42,941 bases of DNA from a virus (Duplodnaviria; Caudoviricetes): positions 1-42,941 of IMG/VR virus record IMGVR_UViG_3300029825_000016, one strand, 5' to 3'. Shown piece by piece: positions 8,222 to 16,953 of the stretch. The notes below the pieces were generated by a model. The model did no database searches, was not told the DNA's origin, and saw nothing but the letters and a program-made list of their open reading frames with translations. How positions within the stretch are numbered: position 1 is the stretch's first letter; each line of letters opens with the position of its first letter. Made by a program: the position numbers and the translations under genes.

Positions 8222-8629
8222 TTATTTGTCGCATGGTTCGGTGCCGTTTGAGTAAACGACCTCATTGATCTTCGCCTTGATTTTGTTGTAGTCACACTCT
8301 TCGCATTCCGCAGGCGGCGCATTGCATTCCTGGGCGCAATAACAAGCAACTAGATCTGAACATTTCACAAGCATTCCTTCCGCTTCCATTGCCCGCTTAA
8401 TCCAATACGGCAGGGCTTCGCGGGATTCGGCGAGGAGTCGAGCATCCGCTTCTGCGTTTTCGTTGTTGTCCTCGTCAATATCCGCGATAAACCCTCCGCA
8501 AGTCATTTTGCCGTTGGTGTATTCCACTTTTCCGGCGACAATGCTGAGCGCGTTTGTTTCCTCCGCGCTCCACGGCCCTGGTGTCGCCCTCTCGCACATC
8601 TCTAAATCCGCTTTAGGATTGCGCTTCAT
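8222..8629 (-). CDS. Ead/Ea22-like hypothetical protein with Cys-rich tail
   Basis: CERATPGPW...DARLLAESREALP motif. Confidence 0.65.
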   Translation of the reverse strand: MKRNPKADLEMCERATPGPWSAEETNALSIVAGKVEYTNGKMTCGGFIADIDEDNNENAEADARLLAESREALPYWIKRAMEAEGMLVKCSDLVACYCAQECNAPPAECEECDYNKIKAKINEVVYSNGTEPCDK

Positions 8630-9249
8630 GAGTTTACCTCCTTCAATCCCCGGTAAATCCCCATCACTCTCTTAACATGCACCTGCGTTTCGGGGATCCC
8701 CGGAATCCCTTTGGCTTTATACACATTACCCGGCCCGGCATTGTACGCCGCCACCATCAGCTCGTCTTTGCCGAACCTGTCACGGTTCAGCGCCAAGTAC
8801 CACGCCCCTGTGTCGATGTTGCCCTCGATGGTCTTGAGGTCCGCCCGCCATCCATGGCAGGGCATCACCTGCATCAGACCAATCGCCCCGCAGCTCGAGC
8901 GGGCTTTGATGCGGAACGACGACTCTGCTGCAATCACCGCCGCGATCATTAGCGGATCAAGCTCGTATGTGTCAGCCGCTTGCAGTATCGCGCCCACAAT
9001 TGCCCTCTGTTCGTCGTTTGTCAGCCTCGGGTTATATTTGACCATGACTCGCTCCAAAGTCGGCGCATGGGTCAGCTCTGCCTTTTTCGCGCGAACTATT
9101 TTGGGTTCCGGCATGTCCGGTTTCAGGTCCGGAGTCAAGCGCACGGAAACGCAGGTGGGTTTCTCAGGTGCGGCATATACTGCCGGTTGTGTCCATACGC
9201 CTGCAAGAAAGACGAGGACGAGGATCAAAACGGTTAACAGGTTTTTCAT
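8626..9249 (-). CDS. Exported lytic transglycosylase (SLT domain)
   Basis: Signal peptide; ESSF, GAIGLMQV, NIDTGAWYL, AAYNAG motifs. Confidence 0.9.
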   Translation of the reverse strand: MKNLLTVLILVLVFLAGVWTQPAVYAAPEKPTCVSVRLTPDLKPDMPEPKIVRAKKAELTHAPTLERVMVKYNPRLTNDEQRAIVGAILQAADTYELDPLMIAAVIAAESSFRIKARSSCGAIGLMQVMPCHGWRADLKTIEGNIDTGAWYLALNRDRFGKDELMVAAYNAGPGNVYKAKGIPGIPETQVHVKRVMGIYRGLKEVNS

Positions 9250-9264
9250 GGGTTCACGCCTCCT

Positions 9265-9537
9265 TCAGCTTATCGCCCTTAGTGGATCCGGCGCGTATTT
9301 AGCGTACAGGTCAAGCATCATCTGCTGGCGCTCCGCGCGCGTCAGCATGTGTCGTTTGCGGTGTTTGGGGTATGCTTTCGGCTCGATCTTGCGCCCCTCG
9401 CAGATTTTGTACTTGATCGCCCTAAGATTTCTGCCCGGCATGTGCTGTTCGTGAATTTCCGTTGGCGTCAGCCCCGCCATGCAGAGCTGTTTGAGTTGCA
9501 TCAATTCTTGATCCGACCACGGAATATTACCGCTCAT
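9265..9537 (-). CDS. Small HTH (Myb/GcrA-like) protein
   Basis: WSDQELMQLKQL..AGLT..EI...GRN..AI. Confidence 0.6.
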   Translation of the reverse strand: MSGNIPWSDQELMQLKQLCMAGLTPTEIHEQHMPGRNLRAIKYKICEGRKIEPKAYPKHRKRHMLTRAERQQMMLDLYAKYAPDPLRAIS

Positions 9538-10568
9538 GTGATCGCCTCCGTAACGTTAAATAGTCCCATCGTTTCGCCGATTCGCGCCTCTGCTATTTGC
9601 GCATATTCCGGGTTGAGTTCGATTCCAATATAATCCCGGAAGTTCTTTGCCGCTACAACCCCCGTTGTTCCGGCTCCGAAAAATGGATCGAGTACGATGC
9701 CGCCTTCGGGACACCCGGCCAAGATACAAGGCTCGATCAGCTTTTCCGGGAACATCGCAAAGTGCGGAATGGTTGATCCTTGTGTTGCCACCGTCCAGAC
9801 ATCGCGCTTGTTTCGGGTTTTTGGATTCTCTCCGACTCCCTCTTTGGCATCCCATCGGTCATTGAATCCCTTGACGGTTCGGTTTTCGTGGTCGTCAGTT
9901 TTCTTTCTGCGGCGGTCATTCATGTGTCCGGTGAATCCTTTATCGGGGCGTGGCCCAAATTCTAATTGATCCGGTCTTGTTGTTGACGCAGGTTCCTTGA
10001 TCGCTTCGTGGTCGTAATAGTACCGCTCTGATTTTGAGAGCAGGAAGATGTATTCGTGGCTTTTTGTCGGTCTGTCGGTCACGCTTTCAGGCATCGGGTT
10101 TGGTTTGTGCCAAATGATGTCTGATCTTAAATACCAACCATCTGCCTGTAAAGCGAAGGCCACGCGCCAAGGGATGCCGAGAAGGTTTTTGGATTTGATG
10201 TCTCCAAAATTTACTTCTGTTACGGCGGGTTTTCCGATTGACCCGCGATTGGTGCCTTGTTTGTAACGCCCTGCGTTTTCTGGATATTTTGCGCCGTCTT
10301 TACCGCTTCCGGCATAACAATCGCCCAAGTTCAGCCAAACAGTTCCGTCATCCCTCAGCACCCGCCAAACCTCGCGGAACACTTCCACCAAACTTGCCAC
10401 ATATTCTTCCGGAGACCGCTCCAACCCGATTTGTCCGTCCACTCCATAGTCGCGCAGTCCGTAATACGGCGGGGATGTTACGCAACAGTTAACCGATTTT
10501 TCGGGGATGGTTTTTAAAAGTTCTTTGCAGTCACCTATGAGGATTTGATTCATTGTCAACCCCCGCAT
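9534..10568 (-). CDS. Orphan DNA methyltransferase, beta class (N4-C/N6-A)
   Basis: TSPPY catalytic motif precedes LDPFFGAGTT SAM-binding motif; IIWHKPNPMPESV; no adjacent restriction gene. Confidence 0.93.
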   Translation of the reverse strand: MRGLTMNQILIGDCKELLKTIPEKSVNCCVTSPPYYGLRDYGVDGQIGLERSPEEYVASLVEVFREVWRVLRDDGTVWLNLGDCYAGSGKDGAKYPENAGRYKQGTNRGSIGKPAVTEVNFGDIKSKNLLGIPWRVAFALQADGWYLRSDIIWHKPNPMPESVTDRPTKSHEYIFLLSKSERYYYDHEAIKEPASTTRPDQLEFGPRPDKGFTGHMNDRRRKKTDDHENRTVKGFNDRWDAKEGVGENPKTRNKRDVWTVATQGSTIPHFAMFPEKLIEPCILAGCPEGGIVLDPFFGAGTTGVVAAKNFRDYIGIELNPEYAQIAEARIGETMGLFNVTEAIT

Positions 10569-10610
10569 AATCCATCTTTGATCCGGGTATCATAGCCTTG
10601 CACCCTGCGC

Positions 10611-11126
10611 CTAATTCCCGGTTAACAGTTTTTGCGCTCCTGTTAACTCTGCCAAGTGTTGATCCTGCTTGTCCGCTATTGCCCGACTGCGAATCGTTTC
10701 GTAGAAGCGCAGAAACTGTGTCCGGTCGTAGCTGATGTTCTCGCTCATGAGTAGATCATCAAGTCCTAACTGATTGACCGCCTGTTCGATCTCAGGACGG
10801 GAGAATGTTGGCTTTTCGTGTTTATATTTCAGCTTGATGTAAGTGTCGCCAGTCAGCTTGCCCCTAACTTCCTCCCACGCTTCTTCAGGTGTCGGAAGTG
10901 ATGTTGTGCATCTTAGCGCAGCTTCGCGCAATTCCGCGACAGTCGGGAAATACTTGTTGGTGGTTAGGAGTTTGATCAATGCCGCCTTTGCCACCTCGAA
11001 CGGAATATCGGCTAATAACTGATGCCACGCCTGCACGGTCAGCTTCATATCCCGCTCCTGGTACTGCGGGAAAGCCGCTATTGCTATCGCCACAAGTCCT
11101 GCTACCTCATTCTTTGTCACGGTCAT
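10611..11126 (-). CDS. Replicative helicase loader/inhibitor (SPP1 G39P-like)
   Basis: AW..LLADIPFE.A..A....TNKYFPTVAELR, P.PEEAW.EV; follows initiator. Confidence 0.75.
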   Translation of the reverse strand: MTVTKNEVAGLVAIAIAAFPQYQERDMKLTVQAWHQLLADIPFEVAKAALIKLLTTNKYFPTVAELREAALRCTTSLPTPEEAWEEVRGKLTGDTYIKLKYKHEKPTFSRPEIEQAVNQLGLDDLLMSENISYDRTQFLRFYETIRSRAIADKQDQHLAELTGAQKLLTGN

Positions 11127-11928
11127 TCACCCACTCCTGAAGGCTGATGATGCCTTTTGGTATTTTGCCTTTTGGTGGTTCCGGCGGGTGCAGGTAGTCC
11201 TCATAATGTTTGGATGGGCCAAGGAACGTCGCCGGATGTTTGATGTATTTTTCTTCTGTGTCCCTCTGCACGCAGGCCATCGCGTAGTGTCCCGCCGCCG
11301 CTATCAGTACCGAAGGGATCGCCCCTTCTTTTAGTCGTGCTTGCCATTTTGCATACGCCTCGCGCTTCGCAACATGCCGTGGATAGCGCATCCAGAATTC
11401 CTCAAAATCGTCGGTGTAACCGTCTGGGTGGGAGGCTTTTTTGGTCTTGGATGATGATCTATTATCCGAAGGTGAAGGTGAAGGTGAAGGTGAAGGTGAA
11501 GGTATGTTTTCTCGCGCACCTTCGCGCACCTTCGCGCAATCGCTCGCATCCTCGCGCTGTTGTGGTGGAACCGGAAACCTTGAACCTTCGGGGTTGTCGC
11601 GCTTTTCCCGCCTGATATGAGTCTGATATTCGAACCACTTTTCGGGTGGTATCGCCATATAACTCTTGCCGCTTTCCTCGTAAAGCCACATTAAGCCAGC
11701 TTGTCCATATAATTCAATCGCTTGCTCAATAACCTCGCGCGTAACAAGTTCGTTAACTGGAAACACCTTTACGCGCAATTCCCAGGAATCCGCTTCTGCC
11801 CGTCCCCAGTCATCGAATGCGGTCAAGAACCACGGCCACAGCAAAGCGGCTAATTGATCTGTTTCAGCAATAATCCCCAGTTTTTTATTGATGCTCATAT
11901 CACTTGAAATAAAAACCTTTCGGGCCAT
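11107..11928 (-). CDS. Phage replication initiator (lambda O-like)
   Basis: N-terminal DDWGR domain, repeat-rich linker, C-terminal FEEFWMRYPR..K..A..KW and YIKHPATFL. Confidence 0.85.
   Translation of the reverse strand: MARKVFISSDMSINKKLGIIAETDQLAALLWPWFLTAFDDWGRAEADSWELRVKVFPVNELVTREVIEQAIELYGQAGLMWLYEESGKSYMAIPPEKWFEYQTHIRREKRDNPEGSRFPVPPQQREDASDCAKVREGARENIPSPSPSPSPSPSDNRSSSKTKKASHPDGYTDDFEEFWMRYPRHVAKREAYAKWQARLKEGAIPSVLIAAAGHYAMACVQRDTEEKYIKHPATFLGPSKHYEDYLHPPEPPKGKIPKGIISLQEWVNDRDKE
11468..11557. repeat. Probable replication-origin repeats inside the initiator gene
   Basis: (GAAGGT)x6 at 11468-11503 followed by roughly 10-bp-period TCGCGCACC-like units at 11511-11557. Confidence 0.7.
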
Positions 11929-11945
11929 GCCGCCATCCCCTAACC

Positions 11946-12449
11946 TCAGTCCTCTAAAACTTTGTCGATTAATTCCACCATAGCTTTCAGTACAGGCTTT
12001 GATACCGCCCTTGTGAATGGCGTTTCCGGATTACACACATCTCTGATTCTGCGCAGCGCATCCCGCGCCTCAAGTGCTTTCTGAGCGGCGAATGGGGCTT
12101 CTGTACGGGCTTCAACGATGAGTTTCCCATCCTCTACGCTAGGGAATTCCTCAAACCATGCCGCGCCGTCATCGTCTTCATTGCAGTGATCAGGGAAAAG
12201 AACCTCCGCATTATCTTTGCCTGTGATTCCGCTATAACCGCCGTGATAATTATCTACATTCCATTCCCACGGTTCGGGCGTCGCTTTCTCGCACACTTCT
12301 AAAAACGCCTTCAGCCTCTCATCTGTGTTAGCCACGTTCATTTTGTCTTTAATCCACTGCGGGGCTTTTTCTGCCGCGCTATCAACCGCATTCCACATTT
12401 CACGCGCCGACTCGGTTGATGTATTGCGTTTTAAATCTGTGTTAGCCAT
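11946..12449 (-). CDS. Ead/Ea22-like hypothetical protein (start trimmed to MANTDLK)
   Basis: CEKATPEPW motif; RBS GGAGG upstream of ATG 12449. Confidence 0.65.
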   Translation of the reverse strand: MANTDLKRNTSTESAREMWNAVDSAAEKAPQWIKDKMNVANTDERLKAFLEVCEKATPEPWEWNVDNYHGGYSGITGKDNAEVLFPDHCNEDDDGAAWFEEFPSVEDGKLIVEARTEAPFAAQKALEARDALRRIRDVCNPETPFTRAVSKPVLKAMVELIDKVLED

Positions 12450-13395
12450 TTTGTACCTCCGGATATTCGTTATACTCCACGCCATCAAGCAAGCGGCCAG
12501 CGGCTTTCTTGCCAACCTTCCATACTACCTCATCGTCACTTAATTCTTGTTCAAAATCGCAACTCACTGAAGCTGGGATCGTATCCAGGAAATTTGAACC
12601 GGGTGCCCACTCTCCCCACTGCTTGAACATGAAAGGCGTTCCCGCTGCTTTACATTGATCTCTCAGGCTTCTTGCCCAATCCGGATGCATCGGACGTGCA
12701 TTGGGGCCGCTTTCGCCGCCGCAGATGACCCAATCGAGATGTGGGTATTCCCTGTTCTTTTCACATGCTGGGATGTGATAGGGCTTCAAGCAATCCCCGA
12801 ATAATCCGCGTCCCAAATTACGTTGAATTCCAGTCAAATTCACCGCTCCCAACATCGGCTCCACGCTCGCAAACCTAACCGCCGCAGGTGTCTGCAAAAG
12901 CAGAGGTATGCGCTCATCGGCAGTCTGTTGGTTCTCGGCTGTTACGCCAAGCCAGACGTTGGGAAGAGGGAACACAGTCGGTTCGCTTTCGCCAGTTAAC
13001 CGCATCATCGCCGTCGGCCAGCGGTCCGCCCAAAAATCTTCGGGATCCCCTGTGCTAAAATACCCCAGCATCCATTTGGGACGTTTGGTCAAAACCATGT
13101 ATGTAATATGCGGAGTCAACGCCATTACCGCGAAAACGCGGTCAATAAAAGAGAAAGGCACATCGGGATGAAAGAGATCGCTCATGCTGTTCACGAACAC
13201 CTTGCGCGGTTTGCGCCAATGAAGCGGTTCTTCGAGCTTATGCTCATGGCATCTGACTTCTGTGAAGGGTCTATTGCCCCAAAACCGCTTTGCATTTTGC
13301 TCGGCATAGCAGTTCCGGCAACCTTCTGACACTTTGGTGCAACCTGTAACCGGATTCCATACGTCAGTTGCCCATTCGATGGTTGTCTTAGCCAT
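12442..13395 (-). CDS. DUF5131 / phage Gp37Gp68 family (radical-SAM-like CxxxxxxCxxC)
   Basis: WNPVTGCTKVSEGCRNCYAE, FVNSMSDLFH, LTKRP, SVEPML, WVICGGESG, FKQWG. Confidence 0.92.
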   Translation of the reverse strand: MAKTTIEWATDVWNPVTGCTKVSEGCRNCYAEQNAKRFWGNRPFTEVRCHEHKLEEPLHWRKPRKVFVNSMSDLFHPDVPFSFIDRVFAVMALTPHITYMVLTKRPKWMLGYFSTGDPEDFWADRWPTAMMRLTGESEPTVFPLPNVWLGVTAENQQTADERIPLLLQTPAAVRFASVEPMLGAVNLTGIQRNLGRGLFGDCLKPYHIPACEKNREYPHLDWVICGGESGPNARPMHPDWARSLRDQCKAAGTPFMFKQWGEWAPGSNFLDTIPASVSCDFEQELSDDEVVWKVGKKAAGRLLDGVEYNEYPEVQNG

Positions 13396-13573
13396 CCTTA
13401 CCCCTCCCAAAAACCCTATTTAGCAACCTGTCAAGCCGCCTTGAAGTGGCTTCTTCCTTTCGCCTCGTTTTCCACTGGATTCCATATTCCGGTGGCATCG
13501 GCCAAGGACGGTTTCGCCATACCTTGTGGCGTCTGCGAGGCGGTTTGTTCGGGATGCGCTTGTAAAGTCCCAT
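13388..13573 (-). CDS. Small basic hypothetical protein
   Basis: Fills the operon gap; RBS GGAGGG. Confidence 0.5.
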   Translation of the reverse strand: MGLYKRIPNKPPRRRHKVWRNRPWPMPPEYGIQWKTRRKEEATSRRLDRLLNRVFGRGKDG

Positions 13574-13575
13574 CC

Positions 13576-13767
13576 TTACCCCTCCATCTCTTTCAGGACT
13601 TCCTCAGCCTTCTGTTGAGCGGCTTCGAGAGTGGGGAAATCGCCAATAAATTTAATTAACCCTTCTCTGCGATATACACACAAATCGTATGTATCCTTCG
13701 CCTTGAGAATCTTGAACAACATACCGTTGTGCTCAGCCGTCGCCCTGTGAATTGTCCATTCCAACAT
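13576..13767 (-). CDS. Hypothetical protein (start MLEWT)
   Basis: RBS AGGAGGGG; FPTLEAAQQKAE motif. Confidence 0.65.
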   Translation of the reverse strand: MLEWTIHRATAEHNGMLFKILKAKDTYDLCVYRREGLIKFIGDFPTLEAAQQKAEEVLKEMEG

Positions 13768-13769
13768 CT

Positions 13770-13970
13770 TTACCCCTCCTTGCCCTTGTCGGGTATTGTT
13801 TCGGGTTTGAGGGCTTCGCGGATGCACTGTTCGCATTTATTGGCGGCGAAATAACAGAGCCTAACGTACCCGCTAAATCCTATGGTTTTCGGGCAAATGC
13901 TTGCAGTTTCTAGTGCTGTAACCAGAAGTTCATACTGTTCTTCGGTCATCTCGATCCTAATCACGCTCAT
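13770..13970 (-). CDS. Small Cys4 protein (start MSVIR)
   Basis: RBS AGGAGG; CP...C...CxxC. Confidence 0.65.
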   Translation of the reverse strand: MSVIRIEMTEEQYELLVTALETASICPKTIGFSGYVRLCYFAANKCEQCIREALKPETIPDKGKEG

Positions 13971-14209
13971 TCCTCCTTTTTGCGGGTGGGTTGCTCGATT
14001 TTCCGGATGAATACCGGGCGAAGAACTTTGCGCCAGCAATCTTTGCAATGTCTGTTGTCTGGAGAGTTTCTGCCGCAACTTGCCGAAAATAAATGATCAC
14101 CATACCCATACATTCCGGGACAGGCACTGGCTGTAAGCACATAAAGGATTTTGTCAAACCGCTCTTCTGTCGCTTGAATCTTGACTTCGGTCGTTTCGTG
14201 TTGGCTCAT
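13967..14209 (-). CDS. Small Cys4 protein (start MSQHE)
   Basis: CP...C...CxxC pattern like the downstream gene. Confidence 0.65.
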   Translation of the reverse strand: MSQHETTEVKIQATEERFDKILYVLTASACPGMYGYGDHLFSASCGRNSPDNRHCKDCWRKVLRPVFIRKIEQPTRKKEE

Positions 14210-14210
14210 G

Positions 14211-14453
14211 TTACCACCCCTTCCTACCCACAAACCGCGAAGGGTAAAAGCCACATTCCGAATCAGCTTTTGCACCGAATATGGATTTGCAGCGGGTAAA
14301 ATGACCGCATTCTACGCACCGCTTACCAATCTGCTCAGGTTTGATTCCCTCGGTCGCTCCACAAAAGCAACCGCTAACGGGATTGTCCGGATGTGAAGCG
14401 GAACAGTTGCGCTCTTTGGTGCGAATACAATCTGCACATTTCACGAATAGCAT
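14211..14453 (-). CDS. Cys-rich small protein
   Basis: RBS AAGGAG; CADC, GCFC, CVEC and further Cys in 80 aa. Confidence 0.65.
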   Translation of the reverse strand: MLFVKCADCIRTKERNCSASHPDNPVSGCFCGATEGIKPEQIGKRCVECGHFTRCKSIFGAKADSECGFYPSRFVGRKGW

Positions 14454-14525
14454 GTTACCGCTCCTTTCTGCCCCAGCGGGGCAGGCCGTCCGTGGCCTTA
14501 CGATGGGAGGAAATGCTATGCGATA

Positions 14526-15446
14526 TTAGCTGTTTTGCTGATTCAGCCCGTTTTTAAGGGCTTCGGCTTTCGCCCTGGTCTTCGCGGCTGCGTTTGTTCC
14601 TGCGGGATTGGCATCCGTTACCGGCTTTTCAATGTAATCGGACCATTTGGCCTCGCCGTCTTTAATCGCCGCGTGAATCGCTCGCAGGTCGTTGAGTTCT
14701 GCCGGCTGTATGTTGTCTGTGGGATGCCCCAAATACTGTTCAAGGTCGGTCGGCATAATGCCAATATTGGCGAAGGCATCAAGGATCTTGTGTTTAGCCG
14801 CCGCCGGATCTTCTTTGGTCTTGTCGCTGGCTGTTTTTCGAGCGACTTCAAGGGCTTCTTCGATGATGTCCGTCGGGATAAGCCGCAAGCCCTCGTTCCT
14901 AACCACCTTTGACACCAACGCCGCTTCTTTGGTATTTAGCTCGTCATCTGTGGCACGGACAATGAAAACGACTTCACCCTGCGAATTAATGCGTTCGCCA
15001 ATCTTCTCACGCCCTGTGATGTTTTTGCGCTCAACCGTCTTTGACAGGGTGATTTCCTTGGCGAACATCGCATTGGTTTCAAGGTCAGTGCAGAACACTT
15101 TGACGCGCCGGACGTTGTCGTCCTCATAAACCGTCTGCGTTTCGGTGGTCACGTTGCCCCATTCGCGCAGGGCAAGCTCGGCCAGCCTGATCGACGGCCC
15201 TTTAATCGTCGTGCCGCCAACGGGCTTCTTGTACTCTGCTTTTTCGGCGAATACCGGGCGTTTGCACGCTTGCAGGATTCGGATGCGTGATTCCTCAACG
15301 TTACGCGGATTCTGAAACGCCATGAAATAGGCCGCCTGTATGCGTGATTTCTCGCGTTCCCCCGCCGCCACCGCAGCGGGATCTGGTTTTGCTATTGCGC
15401 GGTGCTGATTTGGCGCGGGTATCAGGTTTTGCTCGGTCATACTCAT
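14526..15446 (-). CDS. Probable recombination protein, candidate single-strand annealing partner of YqaJ
   Basis: Directly downstream of yqaJ-like gene, in the slot normally held by RecT/Erf/Sak; GPSIRLAE..WGN motif; family not recognised with certainty. Confidence 0.6.
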   Translation of the reverse strand: MSMTEQNLIPAPNQHRAIAKPDPAAVAAGEREKSRIQAAYFMAFQNPRNVEESRIRILQACKRPVFAEKAEYKKPVGGTTIKGPSIRLAELALREWGNVTTETQTVYEDDNVRRVKVFCTDLETNAMFAKEITLSKTVERKNITGREKIGERINSQGEVVFIVRATDDELNTKEAALVSKVVRNEGLRLIPTDIIEEALEVARKTASDKTKEDPAAAKHKILDAFANIGIMPTDLEQYLGHPTDNIQPAELNDLRAIHAAIKDGEAKWSDYIEKPVTDANPAGTNAAAKTRAKAEALKNGLNQQNS

Positions 15447-15452
15447 TATTGA

Positions 15453-16424
15453 TTAAGCCTCCTGTTTAAGGTAATACGCCCGCAAAGAGCGGTACGGCTT
15501 GCCGGTCTTATAAAACTTGTCCAATGCGATTTCTGGATGCGCTTTTTTGAGCGCGTCGGCATCGAACGTGCGCCGTCCGGCCTGCATCGAACAGTAGATC
15601 CTCGCCCCGGCTCCCTCGGCAATTTCCGCTTTATGCGCTTCCATGATGTTTTGAATGTGCAGTTTCGCCTGAGCTTCGAGTTCCTCTGCCTCCTTGCATA
15701 GTTCCTGCGCTGCCCTCAAGCTGCTGACCGCTGCCTGCCATTGGTCGTTTTCGATGCGAATCAGCTTGCCGGGTTCCACTGCCGGAGCAACGATTTCGGC
15801 GGGTTGGTTATTTTCGGCGGGTGGCGTGTCGAGCGTCACCATATTCCAAAATTGTTGGCACCGACTAACGATCTGCTCTTGTAACTCCGGATCTGCCGGA
15901 ACATCAAAGTGGAGCAATTCCCACCGCTCGGCATTGAATACCGCTAATGATCCCCACGATGCACCCATGACGAGCATTTCCGCTTGAAGCTGAACGTAAT
16001 AGTACTGCGGAACACCCTCGCGCTGGATTTTCCCGAACACCGAAAGGCGCGGGCATTTGATTTCAACCGGAGCGGCACCAGACTTGTCGGGATTACCGGG
16101 TACACTCGTTTTCCGGTCGAGATTAGCTAATAAAAACGGGTATTTCGGATGCTGCAAAATGGCATTGACCCGCCGAACGATGCGCCCTGTTTTCTCGGCA
16201 TAAATATCAGCGATAATCGGTTCAAGTGTCCTGCCCCTCTGCATGTCGGGGCTGTCCTGCTGTTCAAGGGTACTGCGTCCGGTTTTTTCCTCCCACAATT
16301 CCGTGATGGTCTTGAATTTGCTGACACCAAGGATGATCGGAACGTCGGAACAGCCAATCCCTCTGCGTCTTTGTCTGAGCCATTCCTCGTGGCTCATGTC
16401 CTTTGTCGATACAAGGGTCTGCAA
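15453..16424 (-). CDS. YqaJ-like viral recombinase exonuclease (start trimmed to TTG 16424)
   Basis: EEWLRQRRRGIGCSD, G..LEP, ANLDR, VEIKC, YYVQLQ; RBS GAGGGAGG before TTG. Confidence 0.9.
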   Translation of the reverse strand: MQTLVSTKDMSHEEWLRQRRRGIGCSDVPIILGVSKFKTITELWEEKTGRSTLEQQDSPDMQRGRTLEPIIADIYAEKTGRIVRRVNAILQHPKYPFLLANLDRKTSVPGNPDKSGAAPVEIKCPRLSVFGKIQREGVPQYYYVQLQAEMLVMGASWGSLAVFNAERWELLHFDVPADPELQEQIVSRCQQFWNMVTLDTPPAENNQPAEIVAPAVEPGKLIRIENDQWQAAVSSLRAAQELCKEAEELEAQAKLHIQNIMEAHKAEIAEGAGARIYCSMQAGRRTFDADALKKAHPEIALDKFYKTGKPYRSLRAYYLKQEA

Positions 16425-16448
16425 ATGGTTTCCCTCCCTCAAAAATAA

Positions 16449-16533
16449 TCCACAGCGGGCAGGATTCGAACCTGCTTTGCGCTTGCCTAATCCGCTCAGA
16501 GCTTTCGGGCTGCTCGTCACGCCGCCCGCCCCC
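16449..16533 (-). ncRNA. tRNA-like / structured RNA upstream of yqaJ
   Basis: Perfect T-arm GCAGG-TTCGAAT-CCTGC; imperfect acceptor stem; no clear D or anticodon arm, no CCA. Confidence 0.4.
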
Positions 16534-16641
16534 TGACTCCTCGGCTACGGGATGGCTTTTTATGACTTTGCTAGGCTCTGCACGTGCGCTTGAGTATGCT
16601 ATCAGCGTGTTCCCACCACGCCGCCGCTGTGGAAAGGTTAA

Positions 16642-16953
16642 TCAATCCTCGATCTTGCGCTCGCGCAGGTCGTAGACAAACAGTGTTGTCACGGACACTT
16701 GGGGCTGGCCGTACATCTCCATGTTCTCGGTCGTCACGGTTCCGTTGTTCATGCACTTCTGCATATCATCGATCTGTTTAATCGCGGCTTCTTTGGTTTT
16801 GTACTCTGCCAGCGGAATATAAGCAGCAACCTTGCCAGCTACGTATCTCAAAGCCGAAACAAGCCTCCAACCTTCTCCATCAGGAAACCACGCTGCGCAG
16901 AGATTGTGAACCTCTCCCAAAAACCGCCCGTCCTCGCTCCTGACAACAATCAT
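16642..16953 (-). CDS. Hypothetical protein
   Basis: RBS GAGGG; LAEYKTKEAA motif; abuts upstream gene. Confidence 0.7.
   Translation of the reverse strand: MIVVRSEDGRFLGEVHNLCAAWFPDGEGWRLVSALRYVAGKVAAYIPLAEYKTKEAAIKQIDDMQKCMNNGTVTTENMEMYGQPQVSVTTLFVYDLRERKIED

Noticed and set aside
9534-10568. Complete restriction-modification system
   Set aside because: No cognate restriction endonuclease lies next to either methyltransferase
11468-11503. Phase-variable ON/OFF switch in the initiator
   Set aside because: The unit is 6 bp, so slippage keeps the frame
16425-16520. N-terminal extension of YqaJ given by the ORF track
   Set aside because: A strong RBS precedes TTG 16424 and the extension overlaps the tRNA-like structure
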